Below, one piece after another: positions 8,028 through 18,248 of a DNA stretch of 54,653 bases. The notes under the pieces were generated by a model. That model was not told the DNA's origin. It was given only the letters and a program-made list of their open reading frames with translations, and made no database searches. Each line of letters opens with the position of its first letter. Position 1 is the stretch's first letter. The stretch comes from a virus. Location of the stretch: positions 1 to 54,653 of IMG/VR virus record IMGVR_UViG_3300042698_000041; one strand, given 5' to 3'. The translations under genes and the position numbers were made by a program.

Positions 8028-8406
8028 GCAGCTCATCGCCCCACCACTCATAGTCGTCCCAAGGCGTCCCATCGGCTTTCTGAGCTGCTCTGGGGCGCCT
8101 GCCCATGGGAGTCCTGCCCTCCCCAAGGTACAGCTCGCGTCCGTTGCGCTCAGTGGTCACCAGTTCCAGTTCCAAATTGCTGGGGGCGACGAACACTCGG
8201 CGCAGAAACAGGATGATCAGCTTTCGGGCGTCCCGCTGAATCTCCCAACGGGTGTGCCCGGCCACCCTGATACGGACATGCATCTTGTCCGAGTCAAGCA
8301 TCTCCAGCTTCATGCCCCGCAGGGTCGGACGTACCCGAACCAGCCGTGCCGCCAGCGTCCTCATGCCGTCCATGACAGCCTGAGGATCCTTGTCCCGCAA
8401 GGACAA
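7882..8406 (-). CDS. hypothetical protein (last gene of the late operon)
   Basis: 174-aa ORF downstream of the holin. The C-terminal 146 nt overlap the convergent + strand ORF. Confidence 0.5.
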   Translation of the reverse strand: MSLRDKDPQAVMDGMRTLAARLVRVRPTLRGMKLEMLDSDKMHVRIRVAGHTRWEIQRDARKLIILFLRRVFVAPSNLELELVTTERNGRELYLGEGRTPMGRRPRAAQKADGTPWDDYEWWGDELPKEDRPGHTPTEEAAPEVDPRMILWGPGGPQNSPPWMQQDPESDPDTS

Positions 8407-8413
8407 GCGCCAG

Positions 8414-8788
8414 CTATAGGTTTGAAGGATAGAGACCGCCCCCTGACACTGGTGGATCTGCTGGAGGAGGGAACATCGTTGCCAGCCTGTCCGCCATCTC
8501 CTTCATGTCACGGCGATGCTGGTCGGCAGCATTGACCTGGTCACGACGCATCTGTTCGATCGTGTCACGCAGGTTGCCCATCTGGCCGTTGGTCTGCTCC
8601 TTGATCTGCGAGGTGGTCTGCTGGATCTCGGACTGCTTGTTGAAGATGTAGCCGAAACCAAGAGCCGCCAGGATGGCAAGCACCCCGGCCAAAACCTGCG
8701 AGCCATCCTTGCCGAACCAGGCGAGAGCACCCAGGACCATGACGATCAGGCCCACCAGGGCGACATGTTGCCATTTCAGTTCTTTCAT
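8414..8788 (-). CDS. holin-like membrane protein
   Basis: Two N-terminal TM segments plus a charged coiled tail. Lies immediately downstream of the lysin. Confidence 0.6.
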   Translation of the reverse strand: MKELKWQHVALVGLIVMVLGALAWFGKDGSQVLAGVLAILAALGFGYIFNKQSEIQQTTSQIKEQTNGQMGNLRDTIEQMRRDQVNAADQHRRDMKEMADRLATMFPPPADPPVSGGGLYPSNL

Positions 8789-9549
8789 TACTTTGGTCCC
8801 AGTCCGGTGTTGTTCAGTTCTGTGCGAACGATCTGCGCAATGACCGGGGTCAACGCCGCGACCAGTGCTGGGATATCCACCGTGGCCGTGAGCCCCTCAA
8901 GTTCGGCGAGGATCCTCTTGGCGTTCTCGTTCGCCTTGAACGCGTTGTCGTTGGCGTACACCAAATAGCTCGACGCGATATCGGCGGTTCCCGGTGCGCC
9001 GGGGTTCTCGAAACTGGTGCCCCATACCTCGTCAGAGATTGATGCCACTTGTCCTCCTTCGAAGAATCTGCGAAATGGGGAAACTTTGTCCCTGAATTCG
9101 CTGTCACGGTAATACGACACATGAGTGTGGGTGCGATGGGACAAATCGTCATCGGGCATGGGCTGCGAGGATTGCCCGCGCTCCCGGTCCCATCGGTACA
9201 CATTCACCCCGTCTGGACTGAAAATGATCTCCCGAATGTCCAGGGTGTCTGAAACGCCCTGTCGGCACTGGTCCACCAGCCAGATGGACAAAGGGCGCAG
9301 TTCGTCCAGGTCGTCATCGATGTCCAGCGCCGAAGCCGCGTTGCTCAGTCCCGCCTTGTCCCGGGATGTGCGGGCACTGTAGGGGTTCTTGCTCATTTGC
9401 AAATCGTCTTTTCCCAGGTGATACGAGGTTCCCTGGGCGACATGCGATGGACCTCCGACGATGCCTAACTCTTCGTTGGTCAGGTCTGGATCTTGGCCCT
9501 TAAGGTAGGCTCGCGCCTGCTTCAGTGTCTCTGGTGCAAACGTCATCAT
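8788..9549 (-). CDS. endolysin (M15/VanY-like peptidase motifs)
   Basis: SYHLGKD ... ALDIDDD ... HTHVSY resembles the zinc-peptidase H..D / HxH pattern. Position is next to the holin. Confidence 0.55.
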   Translation of the reverse strand: MMTFAPETLKQARAYLKGQDPDLTNEELGIVGGPSHVAQGTSYHLGKDDLQMSKNPYSARTSRDKAGLSNAASALDIDDDLDELRPLSIWLVDQCRQGVSDTLDIREIIFSPDGVNVYRWDRERGQSSQPMPDDDLSHRTHTHVSYYRDSEFRDKVSPFRRFFEGGQVASISDEVWGTSFENPGAPGTADIASSYLVYANDNAFKANENAKRILAELEGLTATVDIPALVAALTPVIAQIVRTELNNTGLGPK

Positions 9550-9608
9550 TAATCACCTGCCTTTACAAGCAGGCTAGCAGACTACGTTGCCAAGGTGAAT
9601 TACGAAGC

Positions 9609-9857
9609 TTACGGGGCAGGGTTGATTGTGCCCATGCAGACCCACGAGGACCCAGAGGTCTTGGCTCCTTTGACTGCCTGTCCAAGAAGTAAGACATTGT
9701 CTCCCAATGAGGGAGTTGTGCCAACAATGCCCAGATTCGGGGCACCGATGATCGTTCCCTGAAGATTGATCCGCAACGGGGCAGTGGAAACCACTACCCC
9801 GATCCGGGCGGTCAGGGGCTGCCCCGCCGCCCTGGTGATTTGATCGACTAGGCTCAC
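9609..9857 (-). CDS. hypothetical tail-associated protein
   Basis: 82-aa ORF coupled to the minor tail gene block. Confidence 0.4.
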   Translation of the reverse strand: MSLVDQITRAAGQPLTARIGVVVSTAPLRINLQGTIIGAPNLGIVGTTPSLGDNVLLLGQAVKGAKTSGSSWVCMGTINPAP

Positions 9858-10558
9858 GAAACCCTCCAGACCATCATCCTGGAGTCCGAGCGGATGAACG
9901 AGTCACTAGGATCGGCGGTTGCCTGAGCATACTGGAGCTGCAAATTGCCTGCGGTGCCACCCATCAGGGTGGTTCCCTTGACGGTGGCCATCAGCACGTT
10001 CGCGGTACCGGTTCCGCTGCCACCGATGGTGATCGCGGTGCCCGAGGCCACGGCGGTACCCCATACTCCCGGACCTACGCCACCTGACACCGTAGTGGAG
10101 GCGGCATGGACTCCCCACCTGGTCAAGGCGGCTGCTGGCCAAGTAAAAGCGATCTTGAAGTCCGCCGTGGTCGATGCGTCGTAGAACAGGGTGAACTCGA
10201 ACTGGAACCGTCCGGTTGTGGGCAGCGGTGCAAACAAGACGCTGTCATTGACCAGGACTGTGCTGTTGTTGACCGCCGCAGAGTCCACCGTTCGGAACTT
10301 GTAGGTATGAAACACGCGAGGATACAAGGAGATCTGCGTGGTACCGGTGTAGATCTCAACACGGTCCTCTGCCGCCAGTCCCGAAAGCTCGTTCTCCGAG
10401 ACGGTGAGCATCCGGGCGGTACGGTCGGCCTCGCTGGTGTACAAACGGACCAAGCGCTGTTCCACCCCGGCCACGAAATTCGTGAAGGCCGTGGGGTTGT
10501 TTGCCGCGTCGGCCAGGACTGGCAGTGACAGTTGCTGGTCTGGTGTGTTGGTTGGCAC
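9854..10558 (-). CDS. minor tail protein
   Basis: Position in the tail block. Gly/Thr/Ala-rich beta-type composition. Confidence 0.5.
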   Translation of the reverse strand: MPTNTPDQQLSLPVLADAANNPTAFTNFVAGVEQRLVRLYTSEADRTARMLTVSENELSGLAAEDRVEIYTGTTQISLYPRVFHTYKFRTVDSAAVNNSTVLVNDSVLFAPLPTTGRFQFEFTLFYDASTTADFKIAFTWPAAALTRWGVHAASTTVSGGVGPGVWGTAVASGTAITIGGSGTGTANVLMATVKGTTLMGGTAGNLQLQYAQATADPSDSFIRSDSRMMVWRVS

Positions 10559-10567
10559 TGTTCCTCC

Positions 10568-11077
10568 TTAGGCCGTTCTTACCAACATTTTGGCGTCGAG
10601 GGTGGCGGATACATCTTCATTCCCGGTTCCGTTGAACAGCCATTGCAGGGACACGACATCGCCAGCGGCAGCATTAAAAGGTCCCACTGCGTCACAGGGC
10701 AAAGTATTGTTGGCTTCGGTGTTCTGAACCTGGCCGAAACGAACCACGCCGTTTTGGCGCACGTGGAGCCGATGACTGTTGACGGTCCCTGTGACATTGG
10801 TGGCGAAGGCATGCGCATGGATGATCCATACTCCGGCCATGGGGATCGTGTACGTGACCACCGGAGAGGTCAGCACCGTATCCACCCCCGCCGCTACCGT
10901 CTGAGCGGCCGAGGTGGAGGTGTCGATGCTTTTGCGGTTGAGCATCAGGACATAGTCGGCCTGGAGATCAGTCAACTTGGCATCGATCTGGTTGGCCAGG
11001 ATTTGGAAACTGCCAGCAGTGATCGTCTCATCCGGGCACGGGTAGATGAAGTTGTAGATCGGGGTTTGACCAGGCAT
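10568..11077 (-). CDS. minor tail protein
   Basis: Start moved to Met16 of ORF 10568..11122, giving a TGATG junction with the upstream stop. Confidence 0.5.
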   Translation of the reverse strand: MPGQTPIYNFIYPCPDETITAGSFQILANQIDAKLTDLQADYVLMLNRKSIDTSTSAAQTVAAGVDTVLTSPVVTYTIPMAGVWIIHAHAFATNVTGTVNSHRLHVRQNGVVRFGQVQNTEANNTLPCDAVGPFNAAAGDVVSLQWLFNGTGNEDVSATLDAKMLVRTA

Positions 11078-11712
11078 CAGATCACCTGCGTAAGGTTGGA
11101 GTCGGAGATCTTCGAAGCCCAAATGATCATCCCGGTGCTGATGTTCATCGTCGATCCGACATTGGCATGGGAGAATAGGAAGCTGAAAAAATCCCCTGGG
11201 CGCGCCCTGAAGTGGCCCACGAAAGAGGCCTCGGTTCCCACGCCCGTGTTTGACTCGAACAGCAGGATTCCCGTCGTCTGCACCTCCCGGGCGCCTGTGA
11301 CAGCGGTTGGATCAGGGCGGTTGTGCTGGATCAGAAACTGTCGGTAGCTGTTGTCAGTGACCACTCCCGAGGCAACAGCAGTGGCGCACAGTCCCACCTC
11401 GTAGAGGCCTTCACCCAGAAGCGTGGTGAAGCCACCGGAGTTCTGCGGACCGAAGGAGCCCGATCCTGAGCCGATGGCCCCGGTCGTGTTGTCGAAAGTT
11501 GTTGCCCAGCTTGTTAATCCCAAATCCTGGGTGGTGGCGGCTGAGATACCGGTCAGGGCACTGGTGGAGGTGAGCACCACCGTTGGGCGGTTGACCGCCG
11601 AGCGCATCAACTGCTCGGAGATGAAGATCTCCTGCTCGGCCTGCAACGCGGTGGCATGAAGCTGTTTGGCCACAGCGGCGATGTTTTCCGGGGACGGACA
11701 GGTAAGTGTCAT
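11077..11712 (-). CDS. minor tail protein
   Basis: Start moved to Met15 of ORF 11077..11754, giving an ATGA overlap with the upstream stop. Confidence 0.5.
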   Translation of the reverse strand: MTLTCPSPENIAAVAKQLHATALQAEQEIFISEQLMRSAVNRPTVVLTSTSALTGISAATTQDLGLTSWATTFDNTTGAIGSGSGSFGPQNSGGFTTLLGEGLYEVGLCATAVASGVVTDNSYRQFLIQHNRPDPTAVTGAREVQTTGILLFESNTGVGTEASFVGHFRARPGDFFSFLFSHANVGSTMNISTGMIIWASKISDSNLTQVI

Positions 11713-12305
11713 ACCGACACCTCCGAGTCTGAATGCCAGAAGGCGCAAAGCCATGCCACATCAACGGTTTGGGTACCCGCCACACCGGTGTTGAAGAATG
11801 CGCTCAGTCGCGTCCCGGCCTGGAATGAACAAACGCTCTGGTATGCCGGGATGGAGTAGGTAAGGCCTCCGGCACGGTCAAGGATCGACCAGGCGGCACC
11901 CAGGCTCTGGTTGCCAGGCGGGGGAGCCAGGTCGGCATTGAGGAACAGGGACAAGGCGCTATTGACAATGCCGACGCTGGGTTTTTCCAGGTAGGCGCCC
12001 ACGGTGTAGCGGCCAGGACGGGTGATCGTGATGTGGTACGGATCAGCGTCAAGGTCTGTCATCCCTGCGGTGTCCAGGGCTACCTCGTCAAAAGGTATGT
12101 TCTGCGTGTTCACCACGGTCTTGGCGAAGGTGGAGCGGACCAGTGCGGCCGGAACTACCGGGATGGCGCGGTCGATCCCGGCCTGGAAGGTGCCCATGAC
12201 GCCGTTGATCGCGGCAACGAAGTCGCACCACTGCTGCGCGAAGTCACAGGGGGCATCTGATCCGTTGGGATAGGGCAGCAGGAAATTGGCGGTCAAATCA
12301 GGCAT
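11709..12305 (-). CDS. minor tail protein
   Basis: ATG at 12305 is preferred over the TTG at 12320. Confidence 0.5.
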   Translation of the reverse strand: MPDLTANFLLPYPNGSDAPCDFAQQWCDFVAAINGVMGTFQAGIDRAIPVVPAALVRSTFAKTVVNTQNIPFDEVALDTAGMTDLDADPYHITITRPGRYTVGAYLEKPSVGIVNSALSLFLNADLAPPPGNQSLGAAWSILDRAGGLTYSIPAYQSVCSFQAGTRLSAFFNTGVAGTQTVDVAWLCAFWHSDSEVSV

Positions 12306-13461
12306 CGGGAGTACCGCCAATCACAAGAGACCTAGTAGATATGGTCATATCACCAGACAGACCGATGGGCAATGTGAATCCAGTGACAACTTGGGTATCC
12401 GTATGGTCATTGATCAGGATTGTTCCAGTGTCTCCCAGCTCAAGCGAAGCATCTGGGGCCACCTGGAGATTCCATTCCTCTACCGGCGAGACATAGGTTT
12501 TCAGGTAAGCCTCGGCAGCCCCCTGGGCGCCTCCCTGGGTTGAGGGGTTCTGCAATCTGGCGACCAGGCTTTTAACGCCGAAGTTTCCAAAGACATACGT
12601 GGGGCTCGTGGGATCCAGGTCAGATGCTGTAGCGAACACGGGGTCATCGCCGTTGAGGCGTTCGCCAGTGACTGTAACCGTGTTGTAGATAGCATCGCGG
12701 GAACGCCTTGCCGACCATCCGTTAACGTTTCCGTCCTCATGATCGACCCATTCAACCACGCTCGGCCTGCGCACAGTCCACGGATATCTACGGAGCACGA
12801 AGTCCCCGTTGGCCAGTGGATACCACAGCGCCCCGACCGAGGAGGCCATCTCGTCCAGGGCCGAAGAACGCTCGAACTCCCAGGTCAAAGGCTCCACGGT
12901 CTTGACGAAGGTGTCGCAGGCGCCGAAGGTGGCACCTGGAATCGCGTCCAGAATCAGGCGTTGCCATTCCTCATTGATTGTGTTCGTGGGCACGGAGTTC
13001 TGCGGAGACACGAAGTTGACATCCTGCACCTCTGCCGCCCGGTCGGCACATTCCACGTTGCAAGTGCCGTCGCTGGACACCGAGACATCGCGGATCATGC
13101 CACGGAATACCTGCCATACATACTTGAGGCTTCCGTCCCCGAGCTGAACCCCATAGTAGGCCCGGATCTCGTTGCCGAACGGGGCCAGAAGGTCTGTGTT
13201 CAGCCGTGGGTACATATAGCTGGGCAGGGTCAGACTCAGAGTCCTTGACACCCTATTTGTCAGGGTTGCACTCAGGGAGCCGTCCAGAAACACCAGGCCA
13301 CTTGCGCTGTCCTGGCCCAGCCATGTGTTCTGCTTCAATGCGGGCAGCAAGGTGTCGAGTCGCTGCCCGTCATGGGACCAAACTTCCACCCGGGCATAGA
13401 GGCTATGACCAGAGCGCAGAATGCGCCGGTAGAACGGATCGGTGCCGCCAGCAAGCATCAC
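12298..13461 (-). CDS. minor tail protein
   Basis: 387-aa ORF two genes downstream of the tape measure (the 13458..15509 minor tail gene lies between them), in the position of distal tail/baseplate components. Confidence 0.6.
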   Translation of the reverse strand: MMLAGGTDPFYRRILRSGHSLYARVEVWSHDGQRLDTLLPALKQNTWLGQDSASGLVFLDGSLSATLTNRVSRTLSLTLPSYMYPRLNTDLLAPFGNEIRAYYGVQLGDGSLKYVWQVFRGMIRDVSVSSDGTCNVECADRAAEVQDVNFVSPQNSVPTNTINEEWQRLILDAIPGATFGACDTFVKTVEPLTWEFERSSALDEMASSVGALWYPLANGDFVLRRYPWTVRRPSVVEWVDHEDGNVNGWSARRSRDAIYNTVTVTGERLNGDDPVFATASDLDPTSPTYVFGNFGVKSLVARLQNPSTQGGAQGAAEAYLKTYVSPVEEWNLQVAPDASLELGDTGTILINDHTDTQVVTGFTLPIGLSGDMTISTRSLVIGGTPDA

Positions 13462-15509
13462 AGACCGTCCCGCAGTTCGCCCCAGTCACGGGTTCCACCA
13501 GCATTCACTGCGGTCCAATCGGCAAACTGCGTGTTCACGTCACCCCAGGTGCGAGCAGCCGCTGGTGGTGCCGGTTGCCCAGGACCATTAGGTGAAGCTT
13601 CACCAAGTAGCAGATCGGTCCAGGTCAAACCAGCAATTGCCAGGGCCCCCCAGGAGGTGTAGATGTCACACAGATCGATCATCCGGGTACCACAGGGCCC
13701 ATCGGCCGGGCCTTCAGGGCGGTCCACGGTCACATAGGGCAGGCCCATCACACGGAACTGGTTGCGCTGGTCAACGCTGAAACGATTCTCGGTCAGTGAA
13801 CCTACTGAGATGTAACGATCGGGGATGCAGTATTGCTCAGGGGCTTGGAAAAGCAGTGGTGTACCTGGCTCGTTGGTGTCCAAGATCGCGTCTTTGGCTT
13901 CACAGTCATGAGCGATCAAACGCAACGTGGCAGCCGCATCTCGGCGCACCCTACTGATCGGGATCGGACGCCTGCGGTTGACCGGACCCAGCAAAACCGT
14001 GTTGGGATCAAAAGAGTCATCGAAAGTCCCAGCGTATGAAACCCTGGTGTCATCGGTGCAATCACCCAATGCCGGGGTGCACAGCCCGATCTCGACATCC
14101 AGGCATGGTGAGAGCGGATTCTTGAGCCACACGCTTTCGGAGGCCACCGTGACAGTCTCGCAAGCGCTTGAGGCCACCTCGGTCAGCTGTGTCACCTTCA
14201 GGTCGTCCACAAAGAACAGGGTGGTGTTGGGCGGGATCCCGGCAGCTATGAAACTGAAGGTGGCGTTGGTTACCGGCAGCCGAGGAGAAAACGATGCAGA
14301 CAGGAAGCGCCATTCGTTGTCGTCCAGGGTCACCAGGGGGGTTTCCAGTGTTTCCGAAGTCAGATCACTGTAGGTGACCACCAGGCGCAGCAGGACACCG
14401 TTCCATCCCTGAGGGCTCATGGCCCAGGTGGAAATGGTGACAATGTCATTGGCCACCAAGGTAAAACTGGATTGGAAGATCGTTGGTCCCCCGGTGGTCC
14501 CATTGGGCGTGATGCGTCCCGACGCCGTTCCCACCTTCGCGGTTCCGGGCACCTGCGCAAGAGTGGCACCATTGGCCGCAGTCCAGGAACCGGTGTTGAC
14601 CTCGAAGTCCGGGTTGAGTGTTTTGAGCGCTCCCGCATCACAGGGGAACGTGCAGTACTCCAAGGGCACATTGAGTGGAGGCTCAGTGTCCCACCACAAC
14701 CCTTGTCCACATTCGAGCAGGAGAGCCCCGTCAGCATCATAAGAGATGTAAGGGCGCAGGTTTACCACTTCTCCGGTCACCGTGTTGGTACGCGTGACAA
14801 TGGCACAGTCGGACATGACCGCGTTGGGATTGACCACCACGATGTTGTCGACCAGGAACGTGATCGGAGTGGGGTTGGTGACGCCCGCATTGACCACGGT
14901 TCCCGTAACCAAGGAGCCAGCGGCCAGGTGCGTAACAGCAAAAGTCAAGTTCCAGGTGGTGGGCTCAGGGGTTCCCAGGAGCCACAGGCGCCCGTAGATG
15001 GTGCCCCCCTGCGCCACGAAGCGCCATTCGTAGGCGCCGCTGGTGGGAAGTCCTGCGATGACTGCTGTGGATGTAGTGGTCACGCCCCCCAGAATCTGGC
15101 GCAAGGTGATGCTGACCGTGCCTGCGGCAGCGAAGGTAAACCGGACATCCACCAGGTTGTTGATGTCCACGAAGCGACCCATGACCTGGTAGATGAAATC
15201 GTTTCCTGTAGGCACCACGCCGTTGTAGAACCACCCCGAGGCGTCGAAGTCTGAGATATTCAAGGCCACGATCATCCGCTTGGTCGTGGCAACCGCAGAA
15301 TGGTTGATCACGCCCTGAAGGCCATTGACCGGGAAGTCGGCTGAGGCGCCGGACTGTAGCGCCCATACCTGGCCCGTATCGGCCGCTGGCGCCCAGTCCT
15401 GGGTGGCGATACGGGTGAAGGTGTCCCGAAAGATCAGCCCGGACCAGTCAGTTTGTACCAGAACGTAGGCCTCGGCGGGGTAAACGGTGGCATTAAGACT
15501 TGGCATCAC
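13458..15509 (-). CDS. minor tail protein with carbohydrate-binding-like module
   Basis: 683 aa. Central segment NPDFEVNTGSWTAANGA...FFVDDLKV resembles CBM4/9-type modules. Confidence 0.6.
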   Translation of the reverse strand: MMPSLNATVYPAEAYVLVQTDWSGLIFRDTFTRIATQDWAPAADTGQVWALQSGASADFPVNGLQGVINHSAVATTKRMIVALNISDFDASGWFYNGVVPTGNDFIYQVMGRFVDINNLVDVRFTFAAAGTVSITLRQILGGVTTTSTAVIAGLPTSGAYEWRFVAQGGTIYGRLWLLGTPEPTTWNLTFAVTHLAAGSLVTGTVVNAGVTNPTPITFLVDNIVVVNPNAVMSDCAIVTRTNTVTGEVVNLRPYISYDADGALLLECGQGLWWDTEPPLNVPLEYCTFPCDAGALKTLNPDFEVNTGSWTAANGATLAQVPGTAKVGTASGRITPNGTTGGPTIFQSSFTLVANDIVTISTWAMSPQGWNGVLLRLVVTYSDLTSETLETPLVTLDDNEWRFLSASFSPRLPVTNATFSFIAAGIPPNTTLFFVDDLKVTQLTEVASSACETVTVASESVWLKNPLSPCLDVEIGLCTPALGDCTDDTRVSYAGTFDDSFDPNTVLLGPVNRRRPIPISRVRRDAAATLRLIAHDCEAKDAILDTNEPGTPLLFQAPEQYCIPDRYISVGSLTENRFSVDQRNQFRVMGLPYVTVDRPEGPADGPCGTRMIDLCDIYTSWGALAIAGLTWTDLLLGEASPNGPGQPAPPAAARTWGDVNTQFADWTAVNAGGTRDWGELRDGL

Positions 15510-17341
15510 AAAGTCCTTGTCCCGTAATTGAGGGATCGTGACTGGATGTCACTGTTGCCCTGAACGATGCGCACCACTCGCGAGTCGAGTTGCTCGTTAC
15601 CGATGAACACCAAGACCTGCGTGGTCCCACCGGAGAACAGCTTGTCCAATCCGGACTCTTGCATCAGCTGTGCGGCACGAGCCGGTTGGGTCAACGGGAT
15701 GATCACCTCAGGCCCTGCCTCACCGAAGACGCCCAAGGTCGGACGGTTGATGATGTCGCCATCGGCGTAACCCTTGACCTGGGCCCCACCGATCGCACCA
15801 CCGATGAAGGTGCGCTTGATCGTGTTCATGACCCCCAGCAGGTTCAAGGCGTTGACGGTTGCCTCATCCAGACCAGCAGCCAAAGCGTCCACCCCGATCT
15901 CGGTGGAGGAGATCCGCAGGGATGCCACGTCAACGATCTGACCGAACAGCTCATCGAACTTCTCGTCGGTGATCCCGGCCTGATGGGCAACGTTGCGAAG
16001 CTGGGCAATCTCCTGGTCGTAGAGGGCAGAAGCTTGCTGCGCCGTATATCCCTGTACCTGGATACGGTTGATGGCTCTGGCCTCCGCATCCTTGAGTCCC
16101 TTGATGAACGACTCGACATTGCGCCGACCCTTTTCTGTGTGGATATCAAGGGTCCTGCCGTTCTCCTGGAGGGACTCGGTGATGTTGTCCAGGCTCCGCT
16201 CGAAATCGATGTCCACCTGGATGTTCTCATAGGTCGCTTCGGACAGCGACTTGAGCCCTTTGGCCAGATCCTTGGCTGCCTTTTCCTCGCGCTTGGTGGC
16301 TGAGACAATTCCGTCAATCCCATTCTCAAGATCAAACCCTGTCTTGATCGCCTCTCGGTTGGCGTCTGGGATCTCCTTGCGCAGGATGCTGACGACGATG
16401 GCCAGAACGGGGCTCAGCTTGACCGCGAAATCCAGAAAATCGTGGAACAACCTGTTGATCTTGATAAGCAGGAAGATGACCCCGAACAGGGACATGGTCA
16501 AGAACTCAAGGATGTTGAACAGATCCCTTAGCGCCAGGGTCCCCTCCTGCCCCGAGTTCGCCAATCGCCGCAGGCCCTCAGAGACAGTGTTTAACAAGTC
16601 CCGCAAACCCACGGCGAGGATCTCGATGAACGGCTTGATGTCGAATACCGAATCATCAAGCATGTTGACAAAGGACTCCAGGCCTTCGGTCAAGGCTCCG
16701 GTCAGTGGGGCCACGTAAGTCGCGGCGACATCGAAGATGCGTTTGATGGTGGGAGCCAGCTGTGTGATCTTGGCTTCGATCAGATCCAGGGCCTGGATGA
16801 CGGCCGGAGCGAACTTGGAGGCAGCTTGCACCAAAGTGTTGCGTACGTTGGTAGCGAAGTCTCCAGCACGATCACGGACTTGTTCGAACTGGGCGGCCAG
16901 CAGGATGCCGAGCCCGGCGACCGCCAGGCCAAGAGCCGTGGTAACTGCCGCACCCAGGATCGCCCCAGCGGTCGGAGCGGCCAGCAGGATCCCACCGACG
17001 ATGGCTGCCTTGACCTCTGTGGGAAGTGCCGAGATGCCGTCGTCAAGAGCACTGGCCAATGATGAGGCGATGGAGATGAAGATGTTCTTGGGCCCGCCAC
17101 CACCGAACAGGAGGCTCTTCTTCAGTCCCCGGTTGGCACCCTCACCAGCACGTCTGCCCGCTTCCTCACCTGAGCGCCCTGCGCCCTGAGTCATACCGGT
17201 GTGGAAGGCTCTGGAGGTGGCCGCTTCCACTCGTTCCACGGCGACACGGACCTCGCGGTCCAGATCTCGGATGAATGGGCGCAAATCCGCCCGCACCTCG
17301 ATAAAGGCTTCACCCAAGCTCATAGCAGAATCATAGACCAA
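15506..17341 (-). CDS. tape measure protein
   Basis: 611 aa with Ala/Gly-rich TM segments, long helical regions and the C-terminal FGEAGPEVIIPL motif. Follows the chaperone pair. Confidence 0.85.
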   Translation of the reverse strand: MVYDSAMSLGEAFIEVRADLRPFIRDLDREVRVAVERVEAATSRAFHTGMTQGAGRSGEEAGRRAGEGANRGLKKSLLFGGGGPKNIFISIASSLASALDDGISALPTEVKAAIVGGILLAAPTAGAILGAAVTTALGLAVAGLGILLAAQFEQVRDRAGDFATNVRNTLVQAASKFAPAVIQALDLIEAKITQLAPTIKRIFDVAATYVAPLTGALTEGLESFVNMLDDSVFDIKPFIEILAVGLRDLLNTVSEGLRRLANSGQEGTLALRDLFNILEFLTMSLFGVIFLLIKINRLFHDFLDFAVKLSPVLAIVVSILRKEIPDANREAIKTGFDLENGIDGIVSATKREEKAAKDLAKGLKSLSEATYENIQVDIDFERSLDNITESLQENGRTLDIHTEKGRRNVESFIKGLKDAEARAINRIQVQGYTAQQASALYDQEIAQLRNVAHQAGITDEKFDELFGQIVDVASLRISSTEIGVDALAAGLDEATVNALNLLGVMNTIKRTFIGGAIGGAQVKGYADGDIINRPTLGVFGEAGPEVIIPLTQPARAAQLMQESGLDKLFSGGTTQVLVFIGNEQLDSRVVRIVQGNSDIQSRSLNYGTRTL

Positions 17342-17352
17342 GCTGACACAGT

Positions 17353-17913
17353 TTAGTCAGCGGCAAACTCCGCCAACATCCGCCTGGTCCTTGCGGCGCT
17401 CATCCCAATCCCCAGTGGTGGCGTGGAAAGCTCCAGGTCCAAGGCAACCTTGGCGTTCTCATCCTCGCGCTCCCACAGGAATGTGTAGCAGGCGTCAAGC
17501 CAGTCCGGCAAGCCTATGCTGTCGGCTCGGACGCCTTGGCGCACAAGGATTCCGTTGAAGTAGATCCAGCTTCCCACGGCCTTGCGGGTCAGGTTTACCG
17601 TCCACCACCAGTCCCGTCCGCCCGCTGCCTGGACGACGCTGCGAGCAACATCGACAATCCCGGCGTGATTGTCCACAATCTTGAGGGACTCAAGCATGGG
17701 GTCTATGTCTGAATCAGAGATTGTACCGGGAAATACGCCAGAGAGATCGTCGAAGTCAGCTGCTATGGCGCCCAGCCAATCTGCCGCCGTGCTGGCCTCC
17801 AGTGCCCACTGGCGCCCAGCATAATGAACCTTGATCTGTTGCGGTCGCAGCCACGCCAGGACATTAATGCTTAGGCCGGGCACGGTTGGATACCGTCTTG
17901 GCCGCAGTGGCAC
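17353..17913 (-). CDS. tail assembly chaperone, frameshift-extension (T-like) part
   Basis: Overlaps the 3' end of 17864..18238. Its frame is +1 relative to the upstream ORF. Sits between the G-like ORF and the tape measure. Confidence 0.55.
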   Translation of the reverse strand: MPLRPRRYPTVPGLSINVLAWLRPQQIKVHYAGRQWALEASTAADWLGAIAADFDDLSGVFPGTISDSDIDPMLESLKIVDNHAGIVDVARSVVQAAGGRDWWWTVNLTRKAVGSWIYFNGILVRQGVRADSIGLPDWLDACYTFLWEREDENAKVALDLELSTPPLGIGMSAARTRRMLAEFAAD

Positions 17914-18238
17914 GCTTGCGGGTGGCCTTGGGCGCCTCGGGCTTCTTCTCGGCCAAGACGTCCATCACCAAGACATGATCTACCTTGCCCGTCATCATGG
18001 CCTTCTCCAGGAAAGCGGCATCATCCGGGTTCACGATCAAGCTCTCCACCACGTCCAGGGTATAGGCGATCAGTTGGACCGACAGGTCAACCTGCTTATC
18101 CTCGTCGCTTCTGGTTGCTTCGTCCTGAAGGGCCAGAAGTTTGCGACGCAACACGATCAGCTGCGCCGGGATGGGGTGGCGGAAGACGATGTCCCGGCCA
18201 GCCAGATTCCTGGTAAACGTAGTAACTTCATCGGACAT
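17864..18238 (-). CDS. tail assembly chaperone (G-like)
   Basis: 124 aa, acidic, directly upstream of the overlapping T-like ORF and the tape measure. Confidence 0.6.
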   Translation of the reverse strand: MSDEVTTFTRNLAGRDIVFRHPIPAQLIVLRRKLLALQDEATRSDEDKQVDLSVQLIAYTLDVVESLIVNPDDAAFLEKAMMTGKVDHVLVMDVLAEKKPEAPKATRKRATAAKTVSNRARPKH

Positions 18239-18248
18239 GCGACATAGT

